Of a stretch of 64,000 nucleotides of DNA, positions 55,371 to 64,000 are shown piece by piece. The stretch covers positions 70,556,001 through 70,620,000 of the forward strand of contig NC_042997.1 in the NCBI RefSeq assembly GCF_006345805.1. Reading direction: 5' to 3'. Under the pieces are notes generated by a model, which saw only the letters and a program-made list of their open reading frames with translations, was not told where the DNA came from and made no database searches. The DNA comes from Octopus sinensis. Lineage: Eukaryota. Position 1 is the stretch's first letter. Each line of letters opens with the position of its first letter. Both the position numbers and the translations under genes were made by a program.

Positions 55371-56475
55371 ATACGAACCTAATTTCTGTTGATAATATTG
55401 AAACGTTAATAAAAGAACTTATGTATATTATTTATATAAATCATACGTCCTTACCACCAGCATTATGTTCTATGGCTTATCATTATATTCCTCACCAAGA
55501 TTAATTAATAATTTGAACAGGAAAATAGAGCATGCTTGTATATGAATATTAAATGGTTCCAGCTACTACTGTTGATATACTCACCGAGAGAGATCCAGGA
55601 GCCACACCCCGACAACATACCTATTCCTACTAGACTTGCCGACATATGTTAGAAATACTTGAACAAGCCAGACAGTTTTTTCAGTAATTCACAAACAAAA
55701 GAAAATCTCTTCTATTTTCTTTTCCTTTATAAGATTGCGTTATTTATTTATTTTCCATTTCAATTTTTTAATTACTACTATTTCAAACAAAAAGAAAATG
55801 TTTAGTATAGAAAAGGGGGAAACACTAATTTTTATTTCGGGCACATGTATACATACACACATGCATACACACACATCACATACACACACAAACACACACA
55901 CACATACACGCACGTGCTGACACATATATGCTTACATATAAGCACGTGTTTGGTCTCTCGCGCGCGCCCATATGTGTGGTATGTGTGTATAATATATATG
56001 TATATATATATATATATATGCTAAATCACTTAAACGTGTATAAATATATATAAATGAATACAGAAGTTTTTACATTTCTTCCTTCAGGAAATTTGGCATT
56101 ATGTAGTGGCATACGTTATTCTGTCTCATAGTTGCAACGTAGACATAGATCTATAAAAACATATCGTACACAATGAGAAGTGATGGCGCATTTTATTACT
56201 CAATGCAAGTGTTTCAGTATAGGTATTCTTCTTCACGTATGTCATTTGCATATAATACACAAGCGTGTCTGTGTCGTGAGAAGTTTGCTTTCCAACCACA
56301 TGTTTCTGGGTTTAGTCCGTCTGTGTGACAACTTATCTTCTGCCATAGCTTCGAGCCGATCCAAATTTTGTGAGTGGATTTCATACACGAAATGCAGAAG
56401 AAGTCCATCGTGTATATATATATATATATATATATGTATAAATACATACATACATGCACATATATTTACATACAT

Positions 56476-56521
<46 letters not shown>

Positions 56522-56570
56522 AAACAAGTCAAACATAGAAAATGCTAAGATGATTTTATAGTGAATCTTT

Positions 56571-56608
56571 CAGTACCGGTTTCGGTCATTTTGAGACCTT
56601 TTCAACTG
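56571..56608 (-). ncRNA. Minimal type I hammerhead with U3-A8 core variant
   Basis: Minus strand: cag-TTGAAAA-GGTC tcaaaat GACC-GAAA-C cg GTA^ctg; palindromic stem III ACCGGT. Confidence 0.6.
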
Positions 56609-57153
56609 TAACGATTAAATAATTAAATTTTGAAAAATTTAGAAAAATTAGAAGAAAGGTTTTTTTAAAGGAATACTTCCATAGTAGTGTTCAGATATAT
56701 GTGGCATTCTGCCTTTCTCTGACTCCCTTGTTTGCACTTGTGTATTCGAGGTCGTTGTGAGTTCTTGAGGGGGTGGGAGTGGGAAAATCTGGGCTGGTCA
56801 GTGGCGACCGGCAGTCGCTGCGTAGGCGTTATACTTTAAGACATTAGTGGGGGTAGAAGGTGGAGAAGTAGAAGAAGAAGAAGAAGATGACGGTGCCGAT
56901 GATGATGACGATGAAGAAGAAGAAGGAGAAGGAGAAGATGACGATGATGATGGTGATGATGACGATGACGACGATGATGATGATAACGATGATGATGAAG
57001 AAGGAGAAGAAGAGGAGAAGAAGAAAAAAAACAGAGAAGGGAGAATATGAATGGGTGAAGATATAGCTGTTTTGGGGCGATTAGTAATGGATTCTATGGA
57101 ATGTAATATTTGTGTGTGTATATATATTTCTTTTATTCTTAAGTTGAGCTATA

Positions 57154-57789
57154 TTAATTGTTTGTCGTAGACCCGTTAAGAAGTGGCCTGTATTTTATAA
57201 TAAAGAGATTTTCTTTACTTATTCGTTGTCTCGAGGTTGTATCGTCCCTAAATTGGTAGAGGGGGAAAATTCTGAAGTTTGGTGTTTTTTTGTTGGCGCA
57301 AGTATCTATGTGTTGGCTAAAAGCTATTTTTCTGTTTTGGGGAATTTTTATCTGGGATCTGTGCAGGGCCATTCGTTTACGCAAACCATTTTTTGTTTGG
57401 CCTATGTACTGCTCTTGACACCCGGAGCAGGTTAGTGAGTATATTAGGTTCTCCGAAGCACATGTGAAGTTGCTTTTCACTGTAAACCGTTGTCCCTGTT
57501 TGAAGGAGAACTCAGAACCCTCGATTAGATAGTCGCATATCCCGCATTGGGTCTTCCACATTTTTTTAACTGTCGGCTTCTGTGTTGAAGAGTGAATTCG
57601 GGCTTGTGTTAGAAGACTTTTCATGGATCTAGGCTGTCTTTTGCTTTTTATGATCGTGTGTGTTTGGAGGATTGTGTTCATTCTGTGGTCTTTTTTTAGG
57701 AGGGGTATGTTGTGGAGGATGGTGCCGAAGGCTTCGTTATTGAGAGGGTTGTGTGTGGAGATGTATGGTAAGGCTTTTGGTTGTAAGTT
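57154..57789 (-). CDS. Penelope-like element ORF C-terminus: linker + GIY-YIG endonuclease (5'-truncated, open frame)
   Basis: LPYISTHNP...IIKSKRQPRSMKSLLT...CGICDYL...FTCASENLIYSLTCSGCQEQYIGQTKNGLRKRMALH...KENLFIIKYRPLLN. The frame is open upstream of the listed ATG to about 57789. Confidence 0.85.
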   Translation of the reverse strand, partial: NLQPKALPYISTHNPLNNEAFGTILHNIPLLKKDHRMNTILQTHTIIKSKRQPRSMKSLLTQARIHSSTQKPTVKKMWKTQCGICDYLIEGSEFSFKQGQRFTVKSNFTCASENLIYSLTCSGCQEQYIGQTKNGLRKRMALHRSQIKIPQNRKIAFSQHIDTCANKKTPNFRIFPLYQFRDDTTSRQRISKENLFIIKYRPLLNGSTTNN

Positions 57790-57790
57790 T

Positions 57791-57841
<51 letters not shown>

Positions 57842-58164
57842 GAATATACATATATATGTATATATTTATATATGTGTATGTATGTATATATACAGAGATA
57901 GAGAGAGAGATGTGCGTGTGCTTATGCATGTGCAAAGCGTGCACGGGTTTACCACATGACAACCGTACTTAGCAGTTCGGTAAAAAAAAAATAAAGTAAA
58001 CGATAGTTCTAGACTTTACAAAACAGCCACTGGGATCGATTTTTTCCACTACACACTTCAAGCGTGGCCACAATGTAGTAAGTAAAAGATAAAATACAAC
58101 TAGCTAGCTAGCTACCTAATTTGCTATGTAAATACATAGATACTTACATATTTACATATTTGTT

Positions 58165-58266
<102 letters not shown>

Positions 58267-58404
58267 TGTGGGTACAAAATGTACCAGGAAGTAGTGAATC
58301 AACTGTTCATCAACAGGTGAAATTTTGAATGAGGATTACCAACATTTAGGAAATGTATAACTGCAAAAACAATAAAAATACAGGTGTAATTGTCATGCCA
58401 ATAG

Positions 58405-58405
58405 C

Positions 58406-58449
<44 letters not shown>

Positions 58450-58523
58450 ATAGTAGTAGTAGTAGTAGTAGTAGTAGCAGCAGCAACACCAGCACCAGCA
58501 CCAGCAGCATCAGTAGTAGTAGC

Positions 58524-58584
<61 letters not shown>

Positions 58585-58820
58585 ATAGCAGTAGTAGCAG
58601 CAGCAGCAACAGCCGTTCAAGAATTTGGACCTGGAGATCTCCATTTCCAGTGACTTCGAGGGCCACCTCCCAGTAGTGTCGGGCGTTAACTAAGAGCCCT
58701 CTACTACAACAAGGCGACCAAAGATTTTTTTCCAAGGTCTGGGGTCTCCCGCCCTAAGTCATGGACCATCACCTAATCACCCTTACCTGTCTTGTTGCTT
58801 AAAAACAACAACAACAGCAA

Positions 58821-58910
<90 letters not shown>

Positions 58911-58915
58911 ATAAT
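58405..58915. repeat. Two (TAG/CAG)n tracts separated by a ~190 bp GC-richer insert
   Basis: Directly visible; source of the poly-Ser/Leu ORFs. Confidence 0.9.
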
Positions 58916-60538
58916 GATAACAAGTGTAATCATTCTGGAACACTTGGGAGACCGACTGATTTTTATAATAACAGCAATAAACAGTAATATGAATTATGGT
59001 AATATATAGAGATGTAGTGGCTAACGCACAGAGCAATTTTACTGATTATGTTTGTGTATCGCTTAATGATATGAGTTATGTAGCCCACAATATTTCCATT
59101 ACCACCTTGAACGCCTGCAAAGTAGATGCCTCTCCAAAAACTTTGTATATAACTGTAATCTACACACTTTCAGTTACGCAGGTTCCATTTCCTCTATTTT
59201 TAAATCAAGATGTAAAATATCATCCATTTTCATCTCACATGGAACATCACTAGATACGCCAAGTCACAGATACGATTGCAGTCTTTAGCTGTTGGAGTTA
59301 TTGAAAATCTTAAAATGTACGGGTGATGTTATAGCGGATGTATTACGGATGTATTGTCGCAATCTATCACTTTGAACTCTCTTATACTTAAAACCGATTG
59401 AATAATTTAATGGTTAGTAATAAGATACATGAATTATAGTTAGATAACTTTATAATTTTTGTTTAATGTTCCCTAGATATGATCTTTATAATTCTATATA
59501 ATTCGTTATAATACTATAAATTCTCTAATAATCTTCTAATAATTCTTTTTGTTTCTCCGTTATTTAACCCGTTCAAAACACTTTCATGTGATTAGTTGAA
59601 AGAGAGAGAGGGGGGAAGAGAAGTAGAAGTGATGCTGTGTGAAATGTGAAACTCGGTGTTAAAGAGGGTAAGGGAAAGAGTGAGAGAAAAACAGGGGGAG
59701 TGCTGTGTCTATAAAATTGTGTATAAAACATATAACGTGCATAAAATAATCATCGTATTCCAATTTCCTTAACTTTTCACCAAGTAGCAGATGAGCGACT
59801 TATCTTTTGATACAGGCACAACACAGGCTAAACTTTCAGGGTTCTTTCATTTTTTGGATAAAGTTTTCAGAAACAATCCAGTAAGTTTACCATTAAGTTT
59901 ATATTCTTTATGTTGACACTGGTGATTGCCTAAACTATTTTCATTAGTATTGTATACACATCTATTGGTTTGTCTATGCCAAAAGCATCTTCCCATCAAA
60001 AGTGTTGCCCAATTTCTCCATTAAGATTTACTCTACTCTCTTTAAGTAGGTATGAGTGCTGACACTCTAATCGTGGCAATCACCATGTATTAATTATTTT
60101 GTTTTCCTTTTCCTGTTCGCAGGGTTTCAGTCCCCCACCCCTATTTATCTCTGAAATTTTGCAGAAGTGTTCGCTACTTGCGTTTATTTTTTTCCCTTGT
60201 AATATTCTCCTTGAATAGCCACAAGTAATGGCTAGACTGAAGGACACAAGCATTGATGAGGGGAAGTTCACTGTTTTTAACATTTCCTTATCATTATGAA
60301 AGAATATGATTGATGATTGATTGATTCTAGTTTCAGCTCATGAGCTGTGGCCATGCTGGGGCACTGTATTTTAATACTCTTTTGATAACCAGTACTTAAA
60401 ACAGAAAAGCTTATACAAAGCTTTACATTTTATTTTGACAATCTTTTTCTAAAAAGAGATACCGGTCAAGTCAATAAACAGCTTTAAAATTTCAGTTTCT
60501 AACCTTTTTTCACAGATATATTACTTTGTTTTATATAT

Positions 60539-60624
<86 letters not shown>

Positions 60625-60654
60625 TATATGTTAATAAAATAGAACATATGCATA

Positions 60655-61226
60655 TATATAAACATATATGTACGTACCTACCTCTACATGTACATATACA
60701 CGCATATATGTGTACAGGACACCAAAAAGACGTCGAACACATAGAGAGACGAAAAACATAGACACAAACCAAGGAACAAGACAAGCAAAAAAAGAGATAC
60801 AGGACAATAAGCACAACGAAAAATCCCCTTCTTCAGTCGCTAAGGTTTCATCTACTAAACGTTTCGAAGGATAAAAGCGAGACGTATACTTCGAAGAAAA
60901 CTTCCTTCCTGCGAAAAGCAAATCAATTAAAATTCTGAGATCTTTTCGCAGAGGGGTAAAAAAAGCAAGACGGTAACGACAGTACAACATATAAACAGTA
61001 AAAAATATATATGTAAACAGTGGAAAAATAAATATATAACAGTGAGAGACAGGACAAGGAGAACAAGATAAGAAGGGCTGTTAACGCCAGACGAAAAAAG
61101 TATTGCAAACGCTGGATTATAGTGGACGACGAGAGAGAAAGAATGTCGACCAGTAGCCTTAGAAGGCGGGCGAGAAAGGACAGGATAGCAGTTACGACGG
61201 AAGTATCGTCGCAGATGGACGACGGG

Positions 61227-61230
<4 letters not shown>
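60655..61230 (-). mobile_element. Sister copy of the 29800-30330 repeat
   Basis: Reverse complement of the same modules (cccttcttcagtcgc...gtttcgaagg; cgcagaggggtaaaa; gaagggctgttaa). Confidence 0.7.
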
Positions 61231-61308
<78 letters not shown>

Positions 61309-61311
61309 TAT

Positions 61312-61994
61312 TATATTAAATTAGAGATAAAACCACTATTAGGCAAATCAAACAATGAAAGACTTAACCCAATACATAAAATTAATTAATTTATATCATT
61401 TTAAATATATATCAAAATTATTAAAAGTTTAATAAAAGATAATGAGTAAAACACTACGATCGTTTCATGGCTGTTCAATTCGAGTTATGGTTACAGTCAA
61501 TCTTCAGGTGATTGAAATATCAGACTCTATATTCAATAAACTATTAAATATTTATTAAAAATATATTTAGTAATAAAATATTTAGTAATAAATTTGTTGC
61601 TTTATGTAATAGTATTCTAAATATAGCAGGTGATTTGTAGTACTTATATTAGTTTATTTCAGTTATTTAGGTTCTGTTTTTAATTATAGTTAGATTATAT
61701 ATAGTTGTTCATTTTATTACTAAATACTTTATTACTAAATATATTTTTAATAAATATTTAATGGTTTATTGAATATAGAGTCTGATATTTCAATCACCTG
61801 AAGATTGACTGTAACCATAACTCGAATTGGACAGCCATGAAACGATCGTAGTGTTTTACTCATTATCTTTTATTAAACTTTTAATAATTTTGATATATAT
61901 TTAAAATAATATAAATTAATTAATTTTATGTATTGGGTTAAGTTTTTCATTGTTTGATTTGCCTAATAGTGGTTTTATCTCTAATTTAATATAA
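61312..61994. mobile_element. AT-rich foldback element with ~280 bp near-perfect arms, each carrying an outward-facing hammerhead-like motif
   Basis: Plus 61795-61853: cac-CTGAAGA-ttgactgt...acagccat-GAAA-C gatc GTA^gtg. Mirror copy on minus at 61452-61510. Confidence 0.8.
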
Positions 61995-62309
61995 TATAAT
62001 ATTTTACTATAAAATTGGATTCAATCCTAAATCTGATTTTTCCCTGTAAGTTTGGATTTATTCCCTAATATTTTATTATATATATATACATATATAACGG
62101 GAAGGTTTACGAAAATAAACAAAAGACGAAGGCAGGTGGAGTACAAACAAACAAATGTATTAGTATGGCGCTCAGGAATAGAAATAGAACAAATCTTTTA
62201 CGTTTCGAGCCTACGCTCTTCGACAGAAAGATACACAGAGAAAAAACAAGGAGAGAGAAAAAATGCGTGGAGGAGCTAACGATCTAACATGGCGATATAT
62301 ATATATATC

Positions 62310-62653
62310 ACCTTCACTATAACCGACCAGTCCGCCGGGCGTCCATTTGACACCGCTGGTCACAGCACGCTCCACTCCTCTCTGGAATCTGGTTGGAATC
62401 TCGTTGAGAGAGCACATCAGCAGCGAAGTCATCAGCGAAGTCATCCGGCGTGAGTGATGTCATCTCAGAATATACATGGAGCAAGTTTAGATGGGCTGGA
62501 CACGTCGCACGGCTCACCGATAATCGGTGAACGCACGCAGTTGTCGAGTGGTACCCACGCGAGCGGAAACGACCACGCGGAAGGCCTCCACGACGGTGGA
62601 GTTACGATTTCAGGAAGACGAATGGGAGCACGTGGATGAGAAAGGCGCGATTC

Positions 62654-62660
<7 letters not shown>
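62310..62660 (+). mobile_element. RTE-clade LINE 3' coding fragment
   Basis: LVGISLREHISSEVI...SKFRWAGHVARLTDNR*THAVVEWYPRERKRPRGRPPRRW. Confidence 0.85.
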
Positions 62661-62702
<42 letters not shown>

Positions 62703-62709
62703 ATATATA

Positions 62710-62932
62710 CTCTTTACTCTTTTACTCGATTCAGTCACTTGACTGCGGCCATACTGGAGCACCACCTTTAGTCGAGTAAATCGAGCCCAGGACTTATTTT
62801 TGTAAGCCTGGTATTTATCCTATCGGTCTCTTTTGCCGAATCGGTAAGTTACGGGGACGTAAACACACTAGCATCGGTTGTCAAGCGATGTTGGGGGGAC
62901 AAGCACAGACACACAAATATATGTATATATAT

Positions 62933-63028
<96 letters not shown>

Positions 63029-63185
63029 ACGACGGGCTTCTTTCAGTTTCCGTCTACTAAATCCACTCAGAAGGCTTTGGTCGGCCCGAGGCTATAGTAG
63101 AAGACACGTGCCAAAGTGCCACGGAGTGGGACTGAACCCGGAACCATGTGGTTGGTAAGCAAGCTACTTACCACACAGCCGCTCC
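62710..63185 (-). mobile_element. CORE-like SINE with internal (TA)n
   Basis: Well-preserved head gacgggcttctttcagtttccgtctac...gaaccatgtggttggtaagcaagctacttaccacacagcc plus the 3' module. Confidence 0.8.
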
Positions 63186-63263
63186 TGTATATATATATTA
63201 TTTATTTTTTTAATATTTTATCTAGTATCAGCTCACGAGCTGTGGCCATGCTGGGGCACCGCC

Positions 63264-63306
<43 letters not shown>

Positions 63307-63619
63307 GATATATATGTATGTAATGTATATATATATATATATATTATATATATATATATTATATATATATATATATATATATTATATACATGCATCTGAC
63401 TTTCAACCTATATGTATGTGTATGTGTACATGTGTATGTATAAGTGCAAATAACTTTAAACGTAGGAAATAAACGTACAAAGTTGATGTATTTTCAAAGT
63501 GCAATTTTAATTATTTCCATTTGTCTGTATTACACATTCGTTTACAACCCGCATATTATGTTTGCTATTACTGTAAACTCTTTTTCTAAGTGTTTACATA
63601 CTACCATATTTCCCCAACA

Positions 63620-63870
63620 CCATTACACCCACCACCACCATACCAGCAGCAGCAACAACAGCTACATCAACTACTATTATTACTACTACTATCAACGTAA
63701 TCATTATCATCATCATCTTCTTCATCATAACTAGTACCATCACCATCACCACCACCAACATCATCATCATCATCATCGTTGTCGTCGTCGTCATTACCGT
63801 CATCATCATCGTCGTCGTCATCATCATCACCATCATCATCATCATCTTCAACCTTGTTATTATTGACATT
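63620..63870. repeat. Mixed trinucleotide (CAT/CAC/TAC/CGT) tract
   Basis: Directly visible; source of the poly-Asp/Met ORFs. Confidence 0.9.
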
Positions 63871-63895
63871 AATATTGTTGTCGATGTTGTTGCTC

Positions 63896-64000
63896 AGGTA
63901 GACAGCTGGCACGATCGTTAGGACAACGGACAAAATGCTTAGCGGCATTTCTTCTTCCAGATCTTTGCTTTCTGACTTCTAATCCAACAGAGGTCGACAT
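63896..64000 (+). mobile_element. Head of second-family tRNA-derived SINE, cut by the window end
   Basis: cagctggcacgatcgttagg...aaatgcttagcggcatttc...gaggtcgac matches the reverse complement of 25000-25090. Confidence 0.6.

Larger units (their letters stand above)
56520..57790 (-). mobile_element. 5'-truncated Penelope-like element (EN domain, 3' tail and pseudo-LTR with hammerhead), flanked by (TA)n
   Basis: GIY-YIG ORF, followed downstream on the same strand by a minimal hammerhead at 56571-56608. Confidence 0.85.

Overview
AT-rich, microsatellite-dense eukaryotic DNA. The SINE and LINE families resemble those of octopus/coleoid cephalopods; this is an inference, no search was run. No host protein-coding gene can be supported, and nearly all listed ORFs are translations of (TA)n/(CA)n/(AAT)n tracts or of decayed transposons: Dong/R4, CR1-like and RTE LINEs, mariner/Tc1, hAT, a Helitron-like element, a Penelope-like element (PLE) with a GIY-YIG ORF, tRNA-derived SINEs and several foldback elements. 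The standout is an 8.75 kb head-to-tail array (4378-13131) of about 14.6 near-identical ~600 bp non-coding units inserted in (TA)n. Each unit carries a type I hammerhead ribozyme motif (ccacg-CUGAAGA-long stem II-GAAAC-guac-GUC^cgugg; 15 copies) and is extensively self-complementary. This is the architecture of a retrozyme / self-cleaving satellite that could yield ~600 nt circular RNAs, longer than typical metazoan retrozymes. Other hammerhead-like motifs, including U3-A8 and A6U core variants, occur in the PLE tail and in foldback elements, suggesting a PLE-driven family of ribozyme-bearing non-autonomous elements. There is one 100-N scaffold gap.
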